A stretch of DNA of 64,000 nt. Source: Octopus bimaculoides (lineage: Eukaryota). The notes under the pieces are model-generated. The model was not told the DNA's origin, searched no databases, and saw only the letters and a program-made list of their open reading frames with translations. Position numbers and translations under genes: made by a program. Of this stretch, positions 1 through 12,400 are shown piece after piece (the stretch's first letter is position 1; each line of letters starts with the position of its first letter). Location of the stretch: positions 86,918,577 through 86,982,576 of the forward strand of contig NC_068983.1 in NCBI RefSeq assembly GCF_001194135.2, written 5' to 3'.

Positions 1-366
1 CTATCAACTCGGATAGCTGGTCCCTCTATTGGGTCGACATACGGCAGGCTCTCTTCCTCCCATTCATTCTCTTTATTAAGCAATCTATCGTAGTGGCATC
101 TCCAGACCTCTTTCTTTGCATCCTCATTTAGTGCAAGCGTACCATCATCCATGCGAACACATTTCTCTCCTACATCACTATTCTCTCTCCTACACTGTCT
201 TGCAACACGAAATACCTCGAGTCTTTGGTCCTCACAGCGCAGAACATTGGCAAATCTTTTCTTATCTGCTTCCCCTCTGGCTAAATAAACCTGTCGCCTA
301 GCCTCCCTTCTGGCACATTGGTACAATTCCCTGCTACCACCGTTCTTCCAGTCCTTCCAAGCCTGT
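1..366 (-). mobile_element. RTE-type LINE ORF2 fragment (5'-truncated, continues off the window)
   Basis: Minus translation, one frameshift: AWKDWKNGGSRELYQCARREARRQVYLARGEAD..FANVLRCEDQRLEVFRVARQCRRENSDVGEKCVRMDDGTLALNEDAKKEVWRCHYDRLLNKENEWEEE; this is the typical endonuclease-RT linker. Confidence 0.8.
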
Positions 367-382
367 TATATATATATATATA

Positions 383-620
383 TCATCATCATCATCATCA
401 TTGTTTAACATCTGCCTTCCATACTGGCATGCGTTGGACAGTTTGAGAGGAGCCAGCCAGGCAGTTGACTACATCAGACTTCTGTGTCTGTTTTGGCATG
501 GTTTTTATGACTGGATGCCCTTTCTAACACCAACCACCCTGCAGAGTGGACTGAGTACTTTTTGCATGGCACCAGCACTGGCAGTCACCAAGTAACTTGT
601 AAGACAAGGAATCTTTGAAA
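383..620 (-). mobile_element. RTE-related 3' tail repeat with (GAT)n end
   Basis: (CAT)n followed by gtttaacatc...ggatgccctttctaacaccaaccac; same family as 17600-17983, 31822-32010, 33395-33735, 37000-37130, 44915-45270, 59590-59805, 60540-60700. Confidence 0.75.
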
Positions 621-891
621 ATGAAAATGTGAATATTAAAACAATGGTGATATGTATATATTATACATACTTATAGAACATATAAGTTTCAGTTATAACA
701 ATCGTAGAAACTTAACTCTGAAGCTGTAAACATGAAAATTAGTAAGTAATTAGTGTTTTATTTAAATCTAAAATTTTAGTTTATTACATTAAACTAGATA
801 CAAATAGATAATATTTTTATGTAAATCTTCAGTTTAATTTTATTTCAATTATTATTATGTTTATTATAAATTTACAAATTTCATATGCTTG

Positions 892-936
<45 letters not shown>

Positions 937-1044
937 TCTCTTGCCCTATACTCTGATTTTTTCTCTTCATTGCCTTTTCATATAAATATCAAACCAATTT
1001 GTTTCCCTTTATCTGAAACATTCATCTACCATTTTTGTTTACAG

Positions 1045-1144
1045 AGCTCTTTAAACGCAAGAGATGTTCTTATCAATGACTTCAGGACAGTATTAGATGC
1101 ACTGATCTATCTGACAAGTGGTTACGCTTTCTTAGTTAAACCAG
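1045..1144 (+). CDS. IQCB1: IQCB1 exon (SSLNARDVLINDFRTVLDALIYLTSGYAFLVKP)
   Basis: tttacag|AGC...CCAG|gtaagg, 100 nt, phase 0 to 1. Confidence 0.8.
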
Positions 1145-1870
1145 GTAAGGAAATGTATGCATATATGTGTGTTGTGTATTGTGTAATAAACGAAGATGAA
1201 TAGAAAATGGCAGTTATAAATATGTTATAAATATGTTATAAATATTTCATGTTATAAATATTTCAATAGCATGGCAATGTATTTGCAATCAGTCTATTAA
1301 ATTAACCAAAATTGACATATGTATGTATGTGTGTGTGTGTGTACTGAGTGCAGTGAATAGACTGTTGTCTAAATTATGCAAAAATGAAAATAACACTGGC
1401 ATCTCATTTTAACAGATATATTCACCAAAATGACATAAAAATATCTTGAAATACTAAAGAGTAAATTTATTCAATAAAATCGCCATTGGTTTCAACCATG
1501 GCCTCCAGATGACTTTGGAATCTCCTGCAACTCTTCTGGATGGTCTCCTTATTTAAGTTGGTGAATGCTGCCATAATCCTTGCCTTCAGTTCATCTTTAG
1601 TGTTAAAAGGAGTTTTGTTGGTCTCTCACTCAACTGCAAGATGAGGACAAATATCCATCAAATGTAAATAATGTAAATAAATTACAGTTTCACAAATTTC
1701 TCTGATTTTCAAAAGCTGAGATAGAAAATTGTGAAGTTATGCTGCAACTGTCTTGCTGCTGTTTGACAGTTGCATGGTTAAGTTTCCAAAAATTAAAAAG
1801 TAAAAAATCTAAACAAATCCCTATGCATTTTCAACTTCTTTATGTATGTATGTATGTATGTATGTACGTA

Positions 1871-1903
<33 letters not shown>

Positions 1904-2826
1904 ATGTATGTATGAATGAATGAATGAATGAATGAAAGTGACGCTCAAAACGTTTGGTGAGAGTCATATATATTTTTAATTACACTTTGACTCAGCTTCA
2001 TATGACTTAAAGTTTCATGGGTACGTAGGACCCATGCAAGTTCTCTGACTAATGTAAGCATGTTAATGTGGACCTTCAAATGATGATACACGCACTCTCG
2101 CAATACACACTCGCACACATATATGTGCGTGTATTAAATCCGGTTTCAATTCAGGCTTGAATACCTTTCCACTTCATATACTTCACTAATCACACCGTGA
2201 CTCACTATTTTATTCTTCCAAATGTTTTAAGCTACCAAGAGAAGACATCGAGAAATAACTCTAGTACAGCGCCATAGCGTTCTATATTCAGGGAGGGGCA
2301 TGCTGATTTTTAAAATTTGCGTGTGTGTGTGGTTGATTGATTAGAATTATGGCTATTAAAAAAATTGTAATTTGGCTATGCCAATTTGTCCGTTCCTTTC
2401 CTATCCCACACAAGCCGATTCCACTCCCACTGCATGGACTGCCGCTTCCTATGACACACACTGCATCAGATAATGTAGTCCTCCATACTTCTGAAAAGAT
2501 AGGATGATTACGGCTGGAGGACTTTTGATATGTCTGCTCGATCACGCCTGGAATTGAATTAACATCCATCAACCAGCACAGTTGTCTCCCTTGCATTCGT
2601 TTTATTTACTTATTCTTTTGGTTCAGTCATTTGACTGCGGCCATGCTGGAGCACCACCTTTAGTCCAACAAATCGATCCCAGGACTTATTCTTTGTAAGC
2701 CTAGTACTTATTCTATCGGTCTCTTTTGCCGAACCGCTAAGTTACGGGGACGTAAACACACCACTATCGGTTGTCAAGCAATGTTGGGGAGACAAACACA
2801 GACACACAAACATATACACACACATA

Positions 2827-2860
<34 letters not shown>

Positions 2861-5800
2861 TACATATATACGACGGGCTTCTTTCAGTTTCCGTCTATCA
2901 AATCCACTCACAAAGCTTTGGTCGGCCCGAGGCTATAGTAGAAGACACTTGCCCAAGGTGCCATGCAGTATGACTGAACCCAGAACCAANNNNNNNNNNN
3001 NNNNNNNNNNNNNNNNNNNNNNNNNNNNNNNNNNNNNNNNNNNNNNNNNNNNNNNNNNNNNNNNNNNNNNNNNNNNNNNNNNNNNNNNNNNNNNNNNNNN
3101 NNNNNNNNNNNNNNNNNNNNNNNNNNNNNNNNNNNNNNNNNNNNNNNNNNNNNNNNNNNNNNNNNNNNNNNNNNNNNNNNNNNNNNNNNNNNNNNNNNNN
3201 NNNNNNNNNNNNNNNNNNNNNNNNNNNNNNNNNNNNNNNNNNNNNNNNNNNNNNNNNNNNNNNNNNNNNNNNNNNNNNNNNNNNNNNNNNNNNNNNNNNN
3301 NNNNNNNNNNNNNNNNNNNNNNNNNNNNNNNNNNNNNNNNNNNNNNNNNNNNNNNNNNNNNNNNNNNNNNNNNNNNNNNNNNNNNNNNNNNNNNNNNNNN
3401 NNNNNNNNNNNNNNNNNNNNNNNNNNNNNNNNNNNNNNNNNNNNNNNNNNNNNNNNNNNNNNNNNNNNNNNNNNNNNNNNNNNNNNNNNNNNNNNNNNNN
3501 NNNNNNNNNNNNNNNNNNNNNNNNNNNNNNNNNNNNNNNNNNNNNNNNNNNNNNNNNNNNNNNNNNNNNNNNNNNNNNNNNNNNNNNNNNNNNNNNNNNN
3601 NNNNNNNNNNNNNNNNNNNNNNNNNNNNNNNNNNNNNNNNNNNNNNNNNNNNNNNNNNNNNNNNNNNNNNNNNNNNNNNNNNNNNNNNNNNNNNNNNNNN
3701 NNNNNNNNNNNNNNNNNNNNNNNNNNNNNNNNNNNNNNNNNNNNNNNNNNNNNNNNNNNNNNNNNNNNNNNNNNNNNNNNNNNNNNNNNNNNNNNNNNNN
3801 NNNNNNNNATATATATATATATATATATATACGATGGGCTTCTTTCAGTTTCCATCTTCCAAATCCACTCACAAAGCTTTGGTCAGTCCAAGGCTATAGT
3901 AGAAGACACTTGCCCAAGGTGCCATGCAGTATGACTGAACCCAGAACCAAGTGACTGGGAAGCAAGCTTCTTACCACACAGTCACACCTGATGAAATCAT
4001 ATACAAACTCTCAATTACATTCCACAGAGTAATCTGCATAGTAAAGATTTGAATATGACCTTACTCAAATATATTATATACAACTGCTTCATGCAACTTT
4101 ATTTACTTTATATTTTAGTTCTAACAGATGAAAATTTGCTAAAGCTACTGATGACTGATGATGTTGTTATTGGAACAGAAATCATCAATTTAATTCGTAC
4201 CATATTGCGCCTGAATTGGTATGGTTTATTCTTCCCTTTTATTCTTCATTCTCAACCTTCACTTCATATGTGTGACTTAAAAGTCACACATATGATGACC
4301 TGTTATATGGTACCATTGTGGTGCCATTTAGCAGGTCATAAAGACCAGTGATGGCAAACCTATGGCACAGGTGTCAACAGTGATATTGCAAGATTTTAGT
4401 TGACACCCATTGAGCTTTGAAAACGAAAAAAATCGCCATTATAAAAAGTTTGTCTGTAAGCATTTACCAAAAACAAAAATACATAATATATACATGTACA
4501 TAGACACAGACATAATATACACATATATATATAGACATAATATACACAGATATGATATACACATATACATAGATACAGACATGGTTGTGTGGTTAAGAAG
4601 TTGGCTTTGCAACCATGTGGTTTCAGGTTCAGTTCCACTGCACAGCATGTTAGTCTTCTACTTTAGCCCTTGGTCAACCAACATTTTGTAAATGAATTTG
4701 GCAGATCGAAACTGAAAGCCCATCGTTTATACATGTGTGTGTGTGTGTGTGTGAATGTTTATATTCTATGACTGCACAAAAAATCTTGCACTATAATCAA
4801 AGCTGCCTATTGACATTTCCCTGTCCACAAATCACCTGGTAGCTTTGCACTTTCAAAGTTAAGTGGAATGAAGGCAGTGCTCCAGCATGGCCAGTCCAAA
4901 GACTGAAACAAGTAGAAGATAAATATAAAAGAAGATATATATATATTTCTCTCCCAAACTTTCCTAATACACCTTGATCTTGTCATAGGATTATTATCTT
5001 CCTTTGATATGTTATGTTTACTGCAAAAAAATACCACAGAATTTCTAAATAACTTCACACCCATACAGAGTCAACTTCCAAAGAACTTATATGTAAAATA
5101 AACAAACATTATTCACTGATTCTTCTTAGTTTTAATTTTTCCAACTGTACCATGCCATTCAATATAGATTTTATTTTCTTCATCAATTCTTGACAATAAA
5201 AAAAATGGTTTTTATCTGTTTTATGTGTCTTTCTTTTAAACTTCCCAGGCAAGTACTCAAGCAATTAGATAGCAAAATTCTCCATACTTTTCTTGATGAA
5301 ATCATATACAAACTGTCAGTTTACACAGAACCTAAAATTCAAATGTAAGTCAAGTTATCCTATTTGTCTTTTTTGTCACGTTTTGTTTTTCTCATAATAC
5401 TAAATGGTATTTGATATGTTTTAGGCAAATGATGAAACTAAGGAAATGAAGACTTGATTACCTAAGGGATTTAGTGAGTGATTTTTCTTCTTTATGTGTG
5501 GAAAATATCAATAAGGCTACATATAGACAAGATGAACATATTGCATTGTCAAGGTTGATTAGAATTCCACATCTCTGCAAACACTTTCCACTGTGACCAA
5601 CTTTTCAAACTAATGAGGAACCATTTTTATTCCTTTTTCTTTGGAAATTTTTTCTCAAGAAGACAATCATAGTGGTGGTAGTTGATGCTACCAATCTCCT
5701 GAAGGAAACTATATTTCGGTTCATTTTTCGAAATTGTTGATACTGTCTGTCAGTTACAATTCCTGAAAGAAGCATCATCAATGTTTCAGCGACAGGAGTG

Positions 5801-8772
5801 AGATTTGAACTCAGAATGCATATAGCCAGAACAGATACAACATGTTCCATAATCCAATGCTCTAACAATTCCACCAATTCATATCACATTTGTCCAACCC
5901 ATACTAGCACGGAACATGGACGTTAAATGATGATGATGATGATGATCTTCTTCTTCTTTACAGAGCTTCCTGCAACTGTATTTTGGAATTCTGTGAACAT
6001 TATCCTGCTCTCATAGATTTGCTGTGCACAAAATACAAGTAAGTAGCTTTTATAGACCTTACATTAGTTAACAGCAAAGTTTGTGGGTAAATGTGTGGTC
6101 GTGATGGACTTAATAACTTACATTTTAATAACAAATGTGTAAGTAGTAATAACAATCAGTAATTAAGCCTTTCTACTATTGACACTAGGCCTGAAATTTT
6201 GGAGAGGGGGACAGTCAATTGCATATCAGTAATTAATAACAATAATTACATTTGATGAATGAATGTGTAAGTAGCAATAACAGTAATATCAGTAGATAAT
6301 AATATTGGTAATTGACAATGATGATTTTAATAATAAATGTGTAAGTAGCAATAATGATAATATTGTTTGTATGAGTGCATCTGTACTGGCCATTGTTTCT
6401 AGTTATCATATTAGCAGTGTCAAGGGCAGTTCTTTGAAAATGGCTGTATTTAAACATTGGTGGCAGTATTTAGAAATTCATTGATGCTAGAATTTTGTTG
6501 AATGTATTAAAATAAAAGAGACTGTCTGAGTGGATGTTGGGGGATGGAAAATAATTCATTGACAGTTAAGATTTTATAATCCTTTCAGTTGATAAGGCTG
6601 CACTGAAAACTACATCTTTGCAAGTCAATGAGAAAGCCTCTGTGTGATTACTCAACCTATTTGAAATAGCAGTCAATTCTCCCTCATATTACACATATTA
6701 CTGTCTTATGTAAGGACAGAACATTAAATAATCTCCTACCTCTATGAAAAAACAAAATGATCATTATTTAAATACCTTTGTTCATTGAGCTCTCCTTAGT
6801 AAGGATTGGCCTGAGGCTGAACAACGTCTTTGTGAAATGAAGGAGCCTTTAGGTTGTTACTTGACTTGCTAGTAACAGCAACCAAATATCCCTCAAATTA
6901 CATCCCAAACTTCCCTGTAGCATCTGTCCTGACTTCAGCCACCTTGTTTCAAAGAGATCTGGTACTGCAAACTTGTAGAGCTTCATCTCAACAGCAATCT
7001 GGGTCTTTTCTTTCTTTTATAGTATAAGGCTACTAACCCTACACTTACCACCCTTCTCCTTCTTTCTGAACCAAGCTTGGGGCCAGCTATGGCAGAGTGA
7101 GAAACGAATGAAATATTGAGTAATGTGGTCATAGATCTATTGTGCTGAGCAAAAGATGGGATGGTCAGAGTTAGAAGAATTTTGATCATAGATCTACTCA
7201 ATCACTCTGATCTGGGGTTAAGTAACAGAAGAAGCGTCTCTATTCAGCATGATAATTAAATTGGCAAATCTGCCTTATGAAGCCTTTTTATTTCAAGGAT
7301 ACACATGGAGGCTCACTTTTTGATGCAAATAAAAGAGGGATTAATTCTTTTTTTCCAAGAACATTAGTAATACAACACAATTGAACCACTCTAATCAGAA
7401 ATTAATATTTTACAAATGTAAAAAGTATTTCTTTATAAATATATTTTTACATGGTAATCCTTTGAGTATACCTATGAACATGTATATACCATGCAATTTC
7501 TTTATTTCCTTCTAGAGGTCTACGCATAATTCTCATGAAGCAAGCTGAAAAAATCCATTGCAGAGAACTGAAGCCTCTTCTGGTATTACTAAATGCTGGT
7601 TCTTCTGAACGAGTCCAAAAGCAGGTGAAAGCATGTTGAAAAATATAACATATTTATTACTTACCTTTTAATAGCTCATTCATATGTTATTGATATTCAT
7701 TGTATTTTATTCCTTTATATTCATATTTGAGACAAAGGTTAGTGGAAATAATCAAGCCATTTGAGCAACAAAGTCAATAAAATTACAGTATTTGTTGGAG
7801 AGAGAGGACTCCCCTCTCTCTATCTCTTTCTCACTCACTCACTCGCTCAATTGTAAGTTCCAGTTCAGTAGAAATTAATCTTACCTTTTACTCCACTAGA
7901 ATTAATAAGAATAATACCAAATCAATTCAGAGTACAATCTATACGAAGTATAATTAGCTTTCTCCTTTGTCAAAATATTTGGGATGTATGGTCTGTTTTA
8001 TTTTTGTCTTTTATTTTTATCCCATCATAATCTCTCTTGATCTGTGTTTTAGAAACATCATCAGGCAGTTGAAAAGATTCAGAGTGCTTGGAGAGGATAT
8101 ATAACTCGGAAAAAACTGAAGAAAGCAAACGAAGCAATAAGCAAGCTTCAAAAATGTTATTTGTAAGTGTTCTTTCAATTCTACTTCTTTGCTTATTTGA
8201 CTATAGGCCTTATTAGATGTGAGAAAAGACCAGATATTCTTGTATACAGATCAAAAACCTTGAAATGTCAAGTTGCATTATCCTCCTGGCAGAATCAGTC
8301 AATAACTTCAGAAGTTAAGGCAGCTGGAAATAGATCTGTCTTGAACAGATTCAAATTCAAGATTATGGATAAAGGATTATTAAAAGTTTGGCACTGAGCC
8401 TTGATTCAAGCAGCTCAGTGTTAATCAAGGTGAATCTTCCACTGACATGGAGCATGATGCAGTCCTGTGACACACCAGACTCTGTCAAACCATCCAACCC
8501 ATGCCACTATGGAAAGCAAACATTAAATTATCATGTTGTTGTTATTGGTGGTGGTGGTTACAACATAAGCCAAAATACCTTGTGGTGTTTATTCTAGCTC
8601 TCTGCTGAGTTCAAAACCAGCTAAGGTCAACCTTGTCTTTCAGCCTTTCGGGTTGATAAAGCACAGAACCAGTCCAGAATTATGGATTGGCAGAATTGTT
8701 GAATCATTGAATAAGATGCCTTGTGGTATTTGTTTGCAATATATATATATATATATATATATNNNNNNNNNN

Positions 8773-8805
<33 letters not shown>

Positions 8806-9450
8806 CACACTCACCATTGTGTTGAGGCTGGCTTAGGAATTTCATGCAGCAATGTAAACTTCAGTAAGGATGATTTTGTTTTTCTCAGAAGAGTTCATTG
8901 CACAACACTGGCATAATGAGCTCCAGCTAGTTAAACATATGTAGCTTACATTTTACCTATTCCACTCCCTCAATTAGGAATTTTATTTGCATTTTTAGAA
9001 ACATTAGTTGCTAACAGTAACCAGTATAGAAACTATCAGCTTGTTGAATTTCTTTGCTACTTCAATATGGGGAAAAGTGTGTAACTCTTGTTGCCATTAA
9101 ATTGTTATTTTATTTTATTTTATTATATACCTTCCACTTTTTGTTCTCTATACTAACCAGTTACTGCTTAAGGCTTACAAACTTCCTACACTAGGATCCC
9201 TGGGTCATATTTATATACTGATATATATATTCTTTTATACTTTTACTTGTCTCAGTCATTTGACTGCAGTCATGCTGAAGCACCACACTTTGTCAAGCAA
9301 ATTGATCCCAGGACTTATTCTTCGTAAGCCTAGTACTTATTCTATCGGTCTCTTTTGCCAAACAGCTCAATTACAGGGACATAAACACACCAGCATCAGT
9401 TGTCAAGTAATGTTGGGGAGACAAACGCAGACACACAAACACACACACAT

Positions 9451-9483
<33 letters not shown>

Positions 9484-12400
9484 GTATGTACACACGTACA
9501 TATGTTGAATTCAACTTACATTGAAAGTCAACAATCAAAGTTTGTTTTAGAAGCATTGAGATGTATTGAAAGATACAGATAAGGGAATAATTTTATTCTC
9601 AAATGCAGGATTATGTTAATGTTATATAGCATGAACAGGATAAACTATCCATATTTTGCAGAAAAATCTGTTGGTGGCCAGATTCTTTTGCAAAATATGG
9701 ATAGTTTATCCTGTTTATCCTATATTTGAGAATAAAATTATTTCCTTATCTGTATCTTTCAATACATCTCAACACTTCTAAAACAAACTTTGATTGGTGA
9801 CTTTCAACGTTAAGTTGAATTTAACGTGTATATATATATAAGTTTATCATAGGAACACTTTGCAATTAATGAATTTTTTTGTACTTTGTTGTGCCAAGTT
9901 CATGTATCTACCTCAAGAACTTGAAGACAGTAGGAAAATACTGTACTGTATCCCCAGTGTTTCCCATTTTTACCTTTTACCATTTAATCAAGAAGAGAAA
10001 GCTAGTGTTCGTATTGTTTATATCTTCAAAGAATTCAAGACTGCTGAGAAGGAAAAAGGGAATTATCATCAAGCTAATGATCTGGCCTGAATGCTTGCAA
10101 CAGAATGAACTCCACTAAAAACAACCAAGGATCAGGTGATTGTGTTAAACCAGGTAATGGTTTAAGTCAAGAACTCAAAACACAAAAAGCTGGAATTGAT
10201 ACTGCAAGACAACACACTCAATGCTCAAACAATTCCACTAATCTACCATCCTGGATTAGTATTTTATTTTATTGACTCAGTTAATTCCATAGCTAGTGTG
10301 TTCGCTTGTATATCTATCATCCTAACAATAAGACAAGTGGGGGAACATTTTTTTTTATAGGGAATCTTTGAATATGGGTATAAGAATCAAGTCCATAATA
10401 TAAAAGAGAAGTATGTTTTGAAGGAGCAACCTAGTGATATGAAAGCATCTGAGTTGAGTATCCAGTTCATTTCTTACATATTACTGGATCAGTATTTACT
10501 TTATTTTTAAGGCAGTAAAACCCATATTATATGCTATTCCATTGAAACTATAGTCACTTGGAAATTGTACTAAGGAAACATAGAAACTGTCTTACCTAAA
10601 AAGTATGTACTATACTAAAAGTAAACCAAAAATTGTTTAGGATATAGGAACTTCAGAAAATGATTTGCCATCTTCAATTCAATTTAACTCTGTGTTATTC
10701 TTAATTTTAGATCACGCAAAGAAACCAGAGAGAAAGAACAAGAGAATTTACGAGAATTATCTCAGAAGAATGAACAAATGCAATCTTTCCAATTGCTCAA
10801 AATGCGTTCATTTCGAGAAAAGCAATTGCAAAAGATGGAACTAACTCCAGCCTGTTAGTTTATTGGTATTTATATTACCGTTTTCAAGTGTAATCATAGT
10901 GTGGGCATTAAAAATGTAGACAGCCAATATGATAGAGCATAAGACAAGAGGTCAGTGGTTTGCACCCAGTCACTAACATTTCATTTTGTTTATAGCTAAG
11001 ACATCTGTGTTGACTGAGCAGAATTATCATCAAAAGTATTCCAGCCAATCCTATCTTTTTACTTCTTTTCTGAAACATATTTAGGAGTATAGTATCTTTT
11101 GTGTTTTTAAGACAGTAGGCTTTGATGTGAGGAAAATCTGAATGTTATTTCTTGTACCAGACAAGGATTCTGGATTATTTTTCCTCTTTTTTTTACTTAA
11201 TTTTTGAGAGCAGCCGGGTTTATTTTTAGTATTCTTGTTTGTGAGAGCAGTCGAGTTTATTTCAGATATTCTCATTTAAAAAATCATCTCTGTCTAACTG
11301 TTGAGAGGATGTTGGTGTTGCCTTGGTGGAGGTTTGTGCTCTCTGAGTGCTCTTGTTCACATTGTTTTCAATTTATCATGCATTATCTTGTAGCTTCAAG
11401 ATTTTGAAGATGTGACTGTTTGTTTTTAGAATGACATTATATTGTAGATGTGAGAGACTAGATCTAACCAGTTTGAACGAAAAATAATTGAAGTATTTGG
11501 GCCAAAGATGGACGGTTTAAATGCTAAAGGGTTAATCAAAATAATCAGCTGGGCTTTTCTTCTTTGTTTTTTTGTGAACAAGCAGTAGAGAAGTGTTTAT
11601 AAAATGCCATTCAGTGAAAGATGGAGCTAAACTAATAGAAGTGTAAGAACTACTAATATAGAATTTCCCCTCATTGTTAGAATGTTGCTGAGCAACAATC
11701 AAGACACTTAATTCCTCAAAGCAGCAACTAACCACTGTAGAAGCAGTCACAGTGCTTTAAAATTAATAAGTGGTTCATTATATGCGAATGCAATCAAAAA
11801 AGAAGTTGAATGATCACACTGGTCTCATCTAAATGTCATCAGTAAATAGACTGCATTAATTATTCCTGTAGTAATTAACTCAAATATCTAACCTAACACA
11901 GATTAATTAATGAGGCTGTGCGATTAACCTTTTTCTCTCTCTTTTTTTCTTGTTCCATGCGTGTTCCAAAACATAAGGGACATTACTTATGCCTAGCTTC
12001 CTAAATATTAAACTGACATAAGAGTTATCTCCCTTAAACACTAACTTTGGTTAAAACAACATCGATTGCTAGTGCCGAATTCACGAGATAATAGTGTCGA
12101 TATTTTTACGTTTTATTTCATTTACTTATTTTAGTTTGAGTTAAAATGAATCTATGTATATATATAATTCATGATTTTAATTTAATACAGATCAAATCCT
12201 TAAATATCAAGCTGAAGAAATGGAGAATGCTGCTATTTGTATTCAGAAGAATTGGAGAGGATATCGAATTAGATGCCAGCAGAGTAAATTTCATACGGAA
12301 TATATACAGCGTAGAGCAGCTATTAAAATCCAGAGAGCAGTAAGTCGAAAATTATTTAATTTTTGTGGTAGAATGTATAGACAAATTTTGAAACTTCTTT

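Noticed and set aside
1205-1262. Short tandem repeat (GTTATAAATAT)n and the spaced repeats at 6130-6370 as a CRISPR-like array
   Set aside because: Eukaryotic intronic low-complexity slippage repeats, with no unique spacers of constant length and no cas genes
2240-2300. Helitron-like 3' end (short hairpin plus CTAG on the minus strand)
   Set aside because: The hairpin is only 3 bp, the A/T insertion context is not met, and no 5' TC end was identified
2781-3899. Long ORFs of 300-370 aa (also 35936-37054, 61855-63270, 62082-63029)
   Set aside because: They are open only because they run through N gaps and dinucleotide repeats
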